This document shows positions 1 to 13,288 of a DNA stretch of 61,830 nt, one piece after another; position 1 is the stretch's first letter, and every line of letters starts with the position of its first letter. Position numbers and translations under genes: made by a program. The stretch is from Phoronis australis (lineage: Eukaryota > Animalia > Phoronida), in assembly GCA_002633005.1 (NCBI GenBank), contig NMRA01000596.1, positions 1 to 61,830 of the forward strand, in the 5' to 3' direction. Under the pieces are notes generated by a model. It was not told the origin of the DNA. It searched no databases and saw nothing but the letters and a program-made list of their open reading frames with translations.

Positions 1-466
1 AAATTTCTTTGAACAAGCTCTAAATCATTGCAGACGCACAATTGAATGTATAAATTAAAGACGAAAAGAAACAAGGTTAGTGGGTGAACGGGGATATCCT
101 TTGCTTAAATTAAAGTTAAGGTCCGTTAGTAGGTTGTATTTCTGACATGGGGTATGTACATTCAAAAGTAGTTTTAGTATATATTTTTCTATATTCAATT
201 ATCATTAATAATAAACATGAATAAAATGTAGATACAGAAAAAGAGAGGACGTATGTGAAGTGATTTCTTCGAGGAAAATATAATTTTAAGTGTCATGACA
301 AAACTTGAAATGTATTTTGGTATAAAAGCGTTAGACGTAACATATTGCTTGTCTTCAGTGACCCCCTGATGCAATTGCAAGAAAGTGTTTGAAAATGCCA
401 GTCGTAATTATTTATGGAGACGTTTTGATAGAGGTATAACATATATTAATCCAACCAACCAGCACT

Positions 467-793
467 TAGTTATACAGCAATATGAAATCTAGTCAAGTAC
501 ATCAAATACATAGTTGTACAGCAATATGAAATCTAGTCAAGTATATCAAACACATAGTTGTACAGCAATATGAAATCTAGTCAAGTACATCAAACACATA
601 GTTGTACAGCAATATAAAATCTAGTCAAGTACATCAAACACATAGTTGTACAGCAATACGAAATCTAGTCAAGTACATTGTACATCAAACACATATACAT
701 GTAGTTGTACAGCAACATGAAATCTAGTCAAGTATATCAAACACATAGTTATACATGTATAGCAATATGAAATCTAGTCAAGTACTTCAAACA
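467..793. repeat. 44-bp minisatellite, ~7 copies
   Basis: Unit TACAGCAATATGAAATCTAGTCAAGTACATCAAACACATAGTTG starts at 473, 517, 561, 605, 649, ~707, ~758; some units carry small TACATG-type insertions. Confidence 0.95.
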
Positions 794-1099
794 GGTTAGA
801 AACCGTATAGCCAACCCCAAAAAAGCTAATTGCTAGAAAAAAGCACACCACCTTGACTGGAATCTCTCAGGAGCCAATTTATAAGAGTAAATAACCTTTT
901 CCTGGCTGTGGTAATCACATACCTCCCGTAAAAGTGACTGCGATTTGGTTTAAACTTTTGCAGTCTTTGCCTACAGTGTATATAAATGAAATTTCGCAAA
1001 GCAAATTCATAAATTCACAACTTCGAATCTACACCTTGGAAATCCAAACAAGGCGGTATACACATTCAACTGCAGAGGGAAGTCGCACTGACTCATCAT

Positions 1100-1440
1100 C
1101 CATTTTTATAAACATCTCCAAAAATTTTGAGCAAGTCAACATTGCCAATACAAATGTAGTATTGTTTCACAGAAGAAACACAAAGACGACTCACAAAAAC
1201 CTATTTTCTTTAAGTAAGAGTTTGTTCCAATAAGTTTGTGGTTGATACGGAATTGAAACAATCTGATTCTGACAGAGGAAATATAATGGTAGATTATAGA
1301 ACGATTTTTCCAAGACTGAGTATCAACAACTAAATGGATTTCTCTCTCCCACTTCAATTCCGCAACGGGTTTATATACAGTTTACAAAGGAATAATTGAT
1401 AGATTTTCCCCGTTCCATTATTTTCCGAGGAGAAACCCAA
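1100..1440 (-). mobile_element. L1/Tx1-clade LINE ORF2 C-terminal fragment
   Basis: ORF 1136..1357 reads KWERE...FQFRINHKLIGTNSYLKKIGFCESSLCFFCETILHLYWQC, the CxxC...HLxWxC zinc finger (zf-RVT) of L1/Tx1 ORF2. Confidence 0.75.
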
Positions 1441-4400
1441 GACCGGTGAAACTCCAAAGTACATTTTAATATGTTGGCACTCCAAATTGGCCGCGGCCAC
1501 GACCTAACAGTTGAGTGCCACCTGCCGATTGTGTTCATTTGCATTGCGTTGTAGGATAACCACGCGGAACCGATTGCCGATCACTTAAGGGAATGTCGTT
1601 TAACTTGTGTGCTGCATATTCAATTTTATTAGCCAAGTTGCGTGGCGGTGAAATATTCCCGTCAATGTAACCCGTGTAACTGTTAATGTGCGCAAAATTA
1701 CAAATGGCGGGGCCAAAAATGAGGTATTCAGCTGAACGCAAAAAATTTTCGATAATGTCATACCAAGTTCTTGTAAGGCCATTGCTTATGTGACCTTCAT
1801 AGAGATAACAATATATTTGCTATACAACCACGTTTGGATTATGGGTGTGGAGTGAAGTCAGAGAGTAGGGCCCGTCGTCGAATTTGAGTCTTCTAAGAGC
1901 TCTCATTATCTCAGCGGCAGGCAGCGGATAACTTTGAACCCAGTGAAGTTTGAGATATTAATACACCGTACAGGTGTACATGTATACGCTACCTCTATCA
2001 CTTGGCTTTTAGGAGCGTGAAAAAGATAATGAAAATATCGATAACAATTATTTGACAGGTGTATCGGTCCCATTGACTCTCATTTGTGTCAGAAATAATT
2101 ATATTTCTCGTAACGCCCAAAAGTACAGAGTTTAGAGCTTTCACAAAATGACGTCCGATTTGGTCACTAATATTAAGTTTACTCTCCTCAAAATGTATTT
2201 ACAACTCAGAAGGTCAATTATTTTTACGTCTCCAACTATCTGAAGTTACTGTAGGCCTATAATGGTTTGATCAATATTTACCTCAACCACTGGTTAGTGA
2301 AACTTTATAAAGAAAATTTATGTAAGTCGTTAATTGTGAAATTTCATGTCTTGCGGCATTACTTCAATCAAAAGCAAAATGTTTTAAATTTTGAAAACTC
2401 ATGCTCAACTGTTTTACTCAGTTAGTCCAATTTGTAAAATGGACGGTTTACTGAATCGCTGCAAAAGGTGTCGAACACTTTTAACTTAACTATTACGTCC
2501 ACTTCAATGTGTTAAACACGTCACATCATATTTTACCTCTTCATTTCACTTCGTCTGATTACCATAGAGTACTGTAAACATTTGGAGTTCTCTACGGACA
2601 CGTGACTCGGCTATTGCACCGTCGGTAAGAAACTCGTGAAACTAGAAAAACGCAAGGCACTGCAAACGATAAAACTAAAGTAAATGCAAATTTATATGTT
2701 TTACTCAATTTAAAGTGTTCAAAGTCTGTTCTAAGTCAAATGAAAATTTAAAAAAAATCATCTTTTGATAATTCAAGAGTGCAGTGAACGCTTTTATGAA
2801 GTGAGAAGAAAGGCATGATATCGATTGTAGTACAGACACAAACATTCGTCGGGAATTTCAAAAAAATGTACCAACAAGTCTGCAGGTGTTCCCATTTTCC
2901 TCTAGCGGTCACAATGCCTCAAGGTATTATATACAGTTGAAATATCTATTCTCCGTGTGGTATTGAATGACAACTCTTTCACCATATTTGCTATAGCCGC
3001 AATGTCGCAGAGTGTGTTATGAGATATGTATTGGGATTCCACGCTGCTATTCATCACGGATTCAAATTTTTAAATACTACATTGATTTAGACCCGCTAAA
3101 ACAAGGATTTTTTCACCCACACACATTGTAATTTTTAATTTGAAACGTACAATCCATGTTAATCGTTTGAGATATTAAAATCACTAAGTGATTTGAATTC
3201 TTTTGTCAAATACGCTTTCAGTAGTCTTGAGCAACAGTTGGGTATACGTACATTATATACATGTACGTATTGTAGAGACTGATCTCTCTACCAATGATTG
3301 TCCTCCGTGAATTAATGATCTGCCGGTATGGCTCAGTATGATCAGATAGACGCTGACCTCACTACAGAAAACGAACGATTTGGGCTAAACACCGCAACAC
3401 GGAAGTAGACACTTAAACAAGCAGTTCCCCGATGCCAGGTTCTACATGTACATTCACTGCTCTCAACCGTGTTAAACAGTTACTCAGTCACAGAGTTTTG
3501 CTCAAGGAAGACTGTTGTGGAAAAATATGGATGGACTTGATAATTGGTGAAAGAATAGAACTTACATTTTGATTAATGTGTACATGCAAAAATTCGTCGG
3601 CTCGTGGAATGATAATGAAAGCGTCTCGGAGACTGAGATAGCTATACTGGTCTTGGGTTCAATAAACGGTTTACTTTTCAATGCGGTGTAATCCACATTG
3701 CTTAAAGACTTCTCATTATACGCAAACGGAATAAAACGGACAAAATGGACAATTCCTTCACCCATTTCCTCAGTGATTTTCCGTCCCTCGCCATTTTAGA
3801 AAACTAATATGAAAGCCGTTGTCTGGTCCGGTGTAACTGGACACTTCTTTATACGATTAGAGTAGCAAACCACAGAGCACTGGATTTGTCACGTTTTCTT
3901 CACACTGTCAAAAACAGTGTGCCAAAAATGACATGTTTTCTGTCAAATCACAACAAAAGCCCTACACTTGCGCACAAAAGTTTTTATTGAATCTTGTAAT
4001 TTTGGTCCTTTTACTCCTATCAAGGTAAGCTAACAAAAGTGGGGGACACGAAATCAGCACTTTTCTGTACAAAACCAGCACTTGTCCGCCGATGGAGGAA
4101 AAATGTCACCATTAGCTTATGAATGCAAATTTCTTACACATTCCACAAAATGTGGCCTAAACGTACTGTTAACATACTACAATGAATGAAAGTCTGGCTT
4201 GTTTACGTGTTATCTGAAATCCCAGCAAATTTCTCAGTCGGTAACCAGCAATGCAGAAATGCAACAAGGGCCAGCTATCATAAAGACGACTATAGCTACA
4301 GCCGAGCAAGTGGTCTTTTTTAATTCTCAAAATATTCACAAATACAAACAAATCACTTTCACTGAGTCTACATCTGTACATGCAACACCTAAATAAAAGC

Positions 4401-6488
4401 TGATCCCCAAGCCTGGATTTTAACTATGTTTTAATATTTTGGCACTGCAGACAGGCTCTGGTCGTAACCAAACTGTTCAGTACCACCTCCGTGCGTAGTG
4501 TCAGACAACCAGGCAGAACAGATTGTCGATCACTAAGCGAAAAGTTAGGAAAAAAAGAAAAATGATCACGTTTATGAAGGATGAAATTTAAAAATTCAAA
4601 TTTAACGTATCGGTTTTCCAGTTAGATTCACAGACATGAAGAGTAGCCGTGTAACTTGTGTGTTGTATATTTGTTTCACTAGCCAATGTGTAGCTGTGAG
4701 TTTGTTTAAGTTCATAATTGGCGGTGCCAAAAACGAGGTGTTTCTATGAATGCACAAAATACTCGGTAATATCATCCCAGGTTCATGTAAGGCCATTGTT
4801 TAACTGAACGTAATAGAGATAACAATATCTTTGTTATAAGACCATCTTCAGATTATAAGTGTGGAGTGATGAATGGATTATGCTCCGTCACTTAACTGGG
4901 GTTCTCTAAGACCTATAATTAGCTCACTGGCAGGCAGGCGATAATTTTGGTGCCAGTGAAGTGAGGGATTTTAATCCTTCGTATACTGTACCGACTACTG
5001 TATGGCCGGCCACAACGTGTGGAAGACATGGAAATACTATAAACGATCACGTGGCTGATTTATCGGTCACACGGACTCTTGTTAGTTTCAGAATTAATTG
5101 TATTACTTGAAACTTTCAAAGAAAATTCAAGAGTTTAACTTTGCAACAGAATGACGTCATTATTCGGCGTTCGATTGAGCTCCCAAAATTAATTTCATTC
5201 GCCGCAAAATGAATAAACAACTCGGGTGATCAATAATTTCTACATGTTCAACTATCTGAAGCGATTGTGGGCCTATAAAGGTTTGATTATTATTTACTTC
5301 ATGCAGTCCAATGTGGTTTTTTAATAAAACTTAGAAAATTTGATCACTGTGAAATTTTATGTTGTGAGGTAATATTTAAACCAAAATAAATTAAAATGTG
5401 TTAAATGTTTTACTTCCTTGGAAAAATGCACTGTTTAATTGATTTTATCAATCATGTAAAAGGGATGGTTTACTGTTTTTGCAATATGTGTCGAACTTTT
5501 TCAACAAATGCCGAGTAAAGGAGGTTGTACACAAAAGACCAGTTGAACACTATACTGAGGTTGAATTGCATCCCAAAATATAACCTGGGTGTTGCACTTC
5601 TAAAGAAATACAAACCTGAAACCGCAGGTTTTAAGTTTTTCGTGATAATAAAATGCGTTTGTAACGCCAGCAATAATTTCTAAAGGTAAGCTTTTGGACG
5701 AATCAAATTTTACGAACGTTGTTGTTTTTGCCGACAACACGTACATGTAATGACGCAGAGATACACGACGGCGTATATCGGATATCATCTCCACCAATAA
5801 AAGGAATTACTCAATAGTTTAATTTTGGTGTTTTACTGTCAAATATTAAATCCAATAAAAATACTACACGATAGCCAATAAAACCTCTTTTATCTTGGCA
5901 CTAACCAGCACTTTGTTTCATAATCGTTATTTTTCACAGTTACGTGCACCTCAGTTTTATACTAACAATGCGGCAACGAGTAAGGATCGATATAACGATC
6001 GTTTGTTGTATTTGGGAAGAAGAAGAAGATGTGCAGTACAATACTATTCAAATTCTTTAAGCTACCAAATTTATATCTTGAGAAATATTTATTTTAAGTC
6101 CCGCATGACACGTTACTGTAAAATTGTTGAATACGAATGCATTGTTGTTGGGAAAATGAGTACAATCCCGTTCTAGAAAGGGCTATCACTTCCGCTTCAT
6201 TCAAAGTAACATAATCACGGTTTTGAGTTTCCTATACACTTTACCTGATTAGTGAATTATCCAACGACACGCAAAGCCAACAAAAGACATCTACACTTAT
6301 GGTGAAACGAGCCATTCGTGAATTTTACAGTTCGGTTCATCAACTTTTTCCGTTAATCCAAACACGGTAAAGCATCAAACCTCGTCACGTCATTGTGTCA
6401 CGTGCTACTGAACACAGCTTGACTAACTGCGAATAACAACGCCGACTTCAGAATCAGTCTACTCACATTTGAGTTCACACTCACCACG

Positions 6489-6760
6489 ATGGACGATCCT
6501 ACGCTTGATGAACAACTTTACAACGCCCAGGCAAAATGCTGGAAAGCAGCAGAACAAGTCCAATTATTGGATCGAGAGCTGCGAGATATCAACATTTGCT
6601 ACTAGAGGGCTTTGAAAATTGGAAATGCAGTTCGCCGTCGCATGACGATCGCGCATGGGCTGCGTGACATGTTTTACCACTACGGTTAACGAAAGGCCTA
6701 CCTGTCTCTATCCTATCCCTTCTTCGTCTTAAGGGTTTGGGAGATCGCTTGTTTGAATGA
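6489..6760 (+). pseudogene. Small helical protein gene, subfamily A copy 1
   Basis: MDDPTLDEQLYNAQAKCWKAAEQVQLLDRELRDINICY*RAL...; in-frame TAG and TAA, 15-bp deletion and 5-bp duplication relative to copy A2; intronless. Confidence 0.85.
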
Positions 6761-6780
6761 GTAATTCAGACATACATTAG

Positions 6781-6826
6781 AAAAAAGCCCTTCTAAGGGC
6801 TACCCAAACATTCCAAAAGGAACTGT
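6781..6826 (+). terminator. Histone-type 3' stem-loop and downstream element after A1
   Basis: AAAAA-AGCCCT-TCTA-AGGGCT-ACCCA (perfect stem 6786-6801), then CCAAAAGGAACTG; starts 25 nt after the stop codon. Confidence 0.8.
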
Positions 6827-9800
6827 TCACATTATATTATTTGTTTGTGATTAATCCGGATACTTAACGACACACTTATGACAAAAACTGCTTACATGTA
6901 GTCGTGACGAAACACATCGCGTCTTTACATCTCCGCCTACTTTAAAAGAATAGTAAGATAGGCAGAATGAAAATGCAGCAGCCCTTAAAATATGTGCGGT
7001 ACAAATATTAATAAATTCATGCATTTGTTTATTATTCAAGGAAACAGATAACACTTCACGCACCCCAACATTGTTACTTTTAATTTGAAACATTAAACCC
7101 GTCGCAATTACTTGAGATATTGAAATCACTAAGTTGTCTGATTCCGGTTCTCAAACACCAAGTAACAAGCACCTGCGGTGGCCATAAGCGGCATGTACTG
7201 TAGGTAAACAACGCATGCGCATTTTCAAGTTGATCGTCTGATGTTGATTGTTTCTTGTATTTTGACCATTGGACTCTTACTGAAAAGCAAGTTTAGCAGA
7301 AAGTGGCAAAACACGAAATCGGAACTTCTCTTTCCAAGAACACAATTTCTTTGCCACCTTTAGTTTCTGAAAGCAAGTTTCTTACAGCTTTCAAAAATGT
7401 AAAATCTAATGTTTACCAACTAATTTTTGCAAATCTGGCTGGTTTGAAGGCTGCCTGAAATCGCCGCCAATTTCGCATTCGCTACCCAGCAGTCGAGAAA
7501 TGGAAAAGGGGCCACAATTATAAAGAAGTGATCTGAACATGTTCACAAATACAAACAAACCATATTCACTGAGCCTATTTCTGCACTTGCAACACCAACC
7601 TAAAAAACAGACGTCAAAGCTTGGCCTATCCCATTCCTTAAGCAAATTAGCAGCGGCTGCAGCTTTGCTGCACCACGCGTTGTTGGATAACAAGGCAGAA
7701 CAGATTGTGATCACTAAGCGAACTCAAGGAAGGAAGGGACAAATAAGAGCGTGTTTATCAAGGGGAGAATTTAAAATCAAATTTTGGGTGTTGCTTTTCC
7801 CTTCGATCCACAAACATCAAGAGTAGCGGTGTACAGGTAGTTGCTCATTCATTATTTCTAGCCAACATGTGTGGCGGTTAAAATATTTCGTATGTTAAGT
7901 AGCTGTCAATTTGTTCAAGGCTACGAATGATGGGGTCAAAAAGGCGATATTTGGTTGAATGCAGATATTCGTCGATAACTTCCTACCTTCTTTATGCATG
8001 TAAGGCCATTGTTTAATTTAAGGTTACGAACATAAGAATGTTTGTTAAACGACCACGTTCGGATTATGGGTGTGGAGTGACGACAAGAATTATGGTCCGT
8101 GGCCGAACTTAGGCTCTCTAAGAGTTCTCATTATCTCAGTGTTGAGCAGGCGTTAACAGTCGTGCCATTAAAGGGAGTTATCTTATTCCGTTGTATACCT
8201 GTCAGAGAATGTGAACGATGATAAGACTATTGTAAACAACCACGTGACAGATGTATTGGTCATAGGGATTCTTGTTGTTGCCAGAAAGAATTATATAACT
8301 CGGAACTTCTAAAGAAAATTCCAGAGTTTAAAGCTTCAACGAAATGACGTCATCATTCAGCGTTCGATCGGGCCTCTAAAATCAACTTTATTCACTCCGA
8401 AATTTAAAAAAACAGAGTACGACACAGATGAACACTTTTTAATAAGTCCAACTGTCTAAAGTGATAATACAAAGGTACCATCAATATTTACCTCAAGTAA
8501 TGCAACAGTGTATGTGACTTTTTATAAGTAAAACTTAGAAAACTTGACCACAGTGCAATTTCATATCATGCAGCATTGATCAAAGCTGAATAAAATATTT
8601 TAAGTGTGATTTTTTTGATAAAAATCATGTTGATCTGTTTTATCTAGTAAGTCAATCTGGTAAAACGGATGGTTTACTGCATTGCTACAACATGTGTCGA
8701 ATTTTTTCAACGTATCTATCTGCACATTTTAACATGAAGAACATGTCACTTCATTTTTTCGACCTCTTAATGTTAATCCTTTGGAGTTCTGTACGCACAA
8801 GTGACACAGCTATTGCATCACCATATGTGGCATGCACTCTTGCAGCAACCATGTTTCATTCCTGACCATTTACATTAACCCTCTCGACAAAAGACCAGTG
8901 CAACACTACACTGTTGATAAAAAAACATCCCGACCTAGGTGTTACACATTTTAGAAAACGCAAAACCGAATAAGCAAGTTTCTCGTCGTAACCATTCATA
9001 TGGGCTGTGCCATCAATTATTGTGAAAATAAAAAATTAATGAAGGTTGTTGTTTTTGACGACAACCTGTAATGGCGCAAAGATACAAGAACACGTACATA
9101 GGAAATCATGAGGCTACTAACTTTCTCCACCAAGAATAAGAAGCAATGTTCGACATGATTTAATTTCTGTGCGTCGCGTCACTGTATAAGTTTGGATACT
9201 AAGTCATAATCTGCTCATTAAAACGGATTTTCATTAGCTTGTAAATTAAAAATTCCTTTTGTAATCTTTTACTGAGAGAGTTGGTAGTTTGATTTTTAAG
9301 TGCCTTACATGAACTAAGTAAACGTAGAATTACGTCTTGTTCCTGCATTCATTTTCATTGAAATAAGCATTGCTTGTTCGCAGCATTAGAATGTAGAAAA
9401 ATGCGATGGCTTATGAAAAGCTAGTATTTGTGTGCTTGGTAAAGACCACATCAAAAACGTTTTGCAACCATTTTAATTGGAATCAACGCTAGACACCTAG
9501 ACCCATGTTACACACATGCATAATTACTGAAAGGTAACACTGATATTAGAATGAAATAAAGATTGATAAGAATTACGCTACTATCGAAAAACACGGCGGC
9601 TGCAGCTTCTTTGTAAATTTACGAATGATTTTCTCCAATGTAGAAGTATTTTTTCATCACAAACAGCAATATGTCCTACTAACTGATTTATGTAATAAGA
9701 AAAACATCAAAACATTGAATATTATTACATCGTTGTCGTGAAATTGTGTGTAATCGTGTTTTACATGTGTAATATCGTAGAGTCAAGGATAACGTTTTAT

Positions 9801-10042
9801 TCAGTGTCATAATCGTGGTTTTGAGGTTCATATACACATAATTTGATAATTGAATTATACGTCGACACGCCAAGCCAACAGAAGACTTTTACACTTGTAG
9901 TCACTTAGATTATGAATTTAACGTGAAACGCAACAGTAGGGAATATTGTGACCCAGTTCATCACTTTTAACCGTTAATTCGGCCTCGGTGAAGCACCAAA
10001 CCTCGCCAAGGGCCACTAAACACAGCTTGGCTAACTGCAAAT

Positions 10043-10200
10043 TGAACTATTGCAAGCTCCGCCGCCTCAGGTAATGTGTTATACAAACTATAAGTTTTAC
10101 CCGGCAACCTGTTGTTTGTCTGGTAAAATGGCGGTGTGTAAAGAGTGACGAGTTCTAATTGGTCAGTTATGCCGTCACTCAAAATCCTGGCGATAGGTCA
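10043..10200. mobile_element. ~160-bp MITE with AT target-site duplication (ISL2EU-like) upstream of A2
   Basis: Imperfect TIRs TGAACTATTGC / GCGATAGGTCA, each flanked by AT; the empty site CTGCGAATAACAAC is seen at ~6427 and ~20540. Confidence 0.7.
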
Positions 10201-10275
10201 ATAACAACGCTGACTATGTATAATCTGGCTACTTACTGTACATTTGAGTTAACATTCACCTTCGTTCTCGCCACG

Positions 10276-10561
10276 ATGGACGATCCTACGCTTCAGTGAT
10301 GAACAACTTTACAACGCCCAGACAAAATGCTTGAGAGCAGCAGAACAAGTCGAAGTATTGGATCGAGAGCTGCGAGATATTGACATACGCTACGAGAGGG
10401 CTTTGAAAAATGGAAATTCAGTTCGCCGGGAACAGCTTCACCGACGCATGATGATCACGCATGGACTGCGCGACATGTTTTACCACTACGGCAAACGAAA
10501 GGCCCACCTGTCTCTTTCCCTTCTTCGTCTTAAGGGTTTAGGAGATCGCTTGTATGAATGA
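10276..10561 (+). pseudogene. Small helical protein gene, subfamily A copy 2 (best preserved)
   Basis: A single 4-nt insertion (CAGT, 10294-10297) after MDDPTL; otherwise open: DEQLYNAQTKCLRAAEQVEVLDRELRDIDIRYERALKNGNSVRREQLHRRMMITHGLRDMFYHYGKRKAHLSLSLLRLKGLGDRLYE*. Confidence 0.85.
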
Positions 10562-10580
10562 GTAATTCAGACATACACCA

Positions 10581-10626
10581 AAAACAGCCCTTTTAAGGGC
10601 TAACCAAATGTTCCAAAAGTAACTGT
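10581..10626 (+). terminator. Histone-type 3' stem-loop and downstream element after A2
   Basis: AAAAC-AGCCCT-TTTA-AGGGCT-AACCA (perfect stem 10586-10601), then CCAAAAGTAACTG. Confidence 0.8.
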
Positions 10627-10877
10627 TCGCTTTGTATCATTTATTTTTAATGGATCCGGGAACTTGACGACTCACCTATGACAAAAACTGCGTAGTGATA
10701 TGACACATCGCGACTTTTCATTTCGCCCGAATGTAAAAGAAAAGCAAAATATTTAAACTGAACATGTAACAGCCCTTTAAACCCGTACTGCACTTATATT
10801 AACAAATTCACGTATTTGTTTATTATTCAAGGAAGCAGATTATGATTAAAGAATAAGTTTAAAATTTAAAGATACCA

Positions 10878-12014
10878 GATCTCACCTGATTCAGACAAGT
10901 ACAATATATTAACCTGTGATTAAAGCTAGTAGGTGATGGTTTTCTAGAAAATGGAAGTCTTCCTCATTGTTTTTATTATGGAAAAGGAGACCAAGTGATG
11001 CTGGAGAGGGTTCTGAACCGAGATTTGTATGGAGACTACATCCGACAAATGCATGTTTATTTACCGCCTTTTTAGTCTAAGCATAAGTAGGAATTGTTTA
11101 CTGGATGAGGGTAACTTGCTTTTAGGATCCACGATTATCAGCTAAATTTTTCGTAACTACATGTGCATGAAAAGACCAGTTATCACTAGCTGTTACAAAA
11201 TAACCTTTGGAGTAAAGGGCTGGGTTCAGATATGCCGCTGGCAGTAATGCGGATTAAACTGCCACTGGTAATAAGTACTGAACNATTTGCTGTGTTTCTT
11301 GGTTCCCTTTCGATATTTTGTTCTCTGGCTCGTATTTATTTTCGAGTACGATTTCAAGCACACTGCCATACCAAACTTGAAATTTAGAGCATATACTCGG
11401 AATTTTTACTCAAAATCGTACTCGAAATATGGATGAAATACACTTCGCTTCGAGTATACTCGAAAATTGAGTACGTGCTCGAAATTTCGAGTACAGATTT
11501 TTCGAGTATGACATTGAATACACCAAAGCTGAGTCTGTACTCGAGTTGAGTATGAAGTGTGAGTTTGAGCATGATTCGAGTCTGAGTACGGAGATTGGAG
11601 ACCGGGCCCTGATCTCACCTGATTCAGATAAGTACAATATATTAACCTGTGATTAAATCTAGTAGGTGATGGTTTTCTAGAAAATGAAGTCTTCCTCATT
11701 GTTTTTAGTATGGAAAACGAGACCAAGTGATGCTGGAGTGTGTTCTGAACCGAGATTTGTATGGAGACTACATCCGACAAATGCATGTTTATTTACCGCC
11801 TTTTTAGTCTAAGCATAAGTAGGAATTGTTTACTGGATGAGGGTAGTTGCTTTTAAGATCCACGATTATCAGCTAAATTTTTCGTAACTACATGTACATG
11901 AAAAGACCAGTTATCACTAGCTGTTACAAAATAACCTTCGAAGTAAAGGGCTGGGTTCAGATATGCCGCTGGCAGTAATGCGGATTAAACTGCCATTGGT
12001 AATAAGTACTGAAC
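10878..12014. other. ~405-bp near-identical duplication across a single-N contig join; probable haplotype artefact
   Basis: 10878-11283 ~ 11611-12014 with roughly a dozen differences; the first copy ends exactly at N11284. Confidence 0.7.
11285..11610. mobile_element. Terminal part of a DNA transposon/MITE (Harbinger-like end)
   Basis: Dense TACTCGA/TCGAGTA subterminal palindromes ending in GGAGACCGGGCCCT; absent at the equivalent junction at 10877. Confidence 0.5.
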
Positions 12015-12048
12015 ACAATCTCTGCCTAACTGGCCACCACAACTCTTT

Positions 12049-13210
12049 CAGCCGATTTCATAAAGGTGGTTTAACAAAATCAGGTTTAAGACTTAAACCT
12101 AGTCTTCCTAAGCCTGGTCTAATTTTAGACCTAACTTGCATTTCACCAACATAGAGTCTGAAAGCCTGGTTTTGCTAGACCAGGGAGCTGGTTCAGTAGA
12201 ACCAGGTTTAAAGTATCAAAGGCACCCAGCTGTGTCTAGCTGGGTAAACCCAACAAAGAAACTATTGAAGTGCTTCAATGAAACCTTGATCACGTGGGTA
12301 TAGAATTGCATACACCAGTAGAATCAGTGCAGACATTTACGACAAAGGTCTAAAAGCTTTTCTCATGAGGAAAAATGTAATTTGTGTGCCCAACACACAC
12401 ACATTAAAGAACATGCTCACGATTGGATGTAACATGATAAATGCCCAAATTTATTTCCGTGTCATTTTAGTTTTTATTTTTCGCGGCCAAAGGGGGGGGC
12501 AAGACCCCTTCCCGGCAACATTGAATCGGAGAACAGTGGAGGTGGAACTCAGTCAGAAGAATCAGAGGATGCTGTCTAAGTCAAATCCGTAGGGCTTGCG
12601 ACGATGAGACCTGCTCGACCAGTCGTATTCTGAGGAATCCGCAGGACACACTCCAGCACGTACTGGTCTACGCATAGGCGGATCCAGGGGGGTCAAGGGA
12701 TCCGGAGCCCCTTTTTCCCTTGCTTTTAATGATATCAAATCTATAATTTCAAATTGTTGACTTGGTCCCCCTTTCAAAAAGTCTTTGACCGTCCCCTCTC
12801 CTTTAAAAATCCTGGATCCGCCTCTGCCACGTTTGATCTCGTGTCGTAGTAAACCTGAATAATGAAAATAGTCCATTTTCGCTCTAAAACTGCGTCGCAA
12901 TTGTACACTGTGGCATCGTTCAGTTGTACATATACCATGCAAGTCTGACATATTTAACAGTTAAACCTGGGTCTGACCAAGTCTAAAGTTAAACATGGTT
13001 TAAGATCTTAATACAGGTCTAAAGAATATAGACCTCGTTGGTGAAATGAAAACTGACTTAGACCAGGTCTAAACTGGAGTTAAACCAGGTTTAACAAGAT
13101 CACTGGTCTAAAAGTTAAACCACCTTTATGAAACGCAGATTATCATTAAACCTGGTCTAAGTCCAGTTTAAACCTGGTTTAACTTTAAACCACATTTATG
13201 AAATCGGCTG
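12049..13210. mobile_element. Non-autonomous TIR DNA transposon with 3-bp TSD (PIF/Harbinger- or CACTA-like), copy 1
   Basis: TIRs CAGCCGATTTCATAAA / TTTATGAAATCGGCTG; TSD TTT; many AAACC(A/T)GGTTT subterminal palindromes; empty site at ~24641-24672; second copy at 51814. Confidence 0.9.
12673..12826. mobile_element. Nested GGCGGATCC-type MITE (hAT5-like, 5-bp TSD)
   Basis: CATAGGCGGATCCAGG ... CCTGGATCCGCCTCTG; flanks CTACG / CCACG; also present in the 51814 copy. Confidence 0.65.
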
Positions 13211-13288
13211 TTTGAGTCTAGTGACAATATGTCACGTGTCACCATCTCTGCATATAATAGCTTGGCCAAGTAGTTCTGGCTAACAACT

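Noticed and set aside
467-793. CRISPR-like periodic array
   Set aside because: Units are contiguous near-identical 44-mers with no unique spacers, in a eukaryotic context without cas genes.
6786-6801. Hairpin as a bacterial Rho-independent terminator
   Set aside because: No U-tract follows; it is followed by ACCCA and a purine-rich element, and the DNA is clearly metazoan.
10768-10785. Extra hairpin-like matches (CAGCCCTTTAAA here; AAAGGGCT near 6178, 20281, 39974)
   Set aside because: Half-sites only, with no complementary arm and no upstream ORF.
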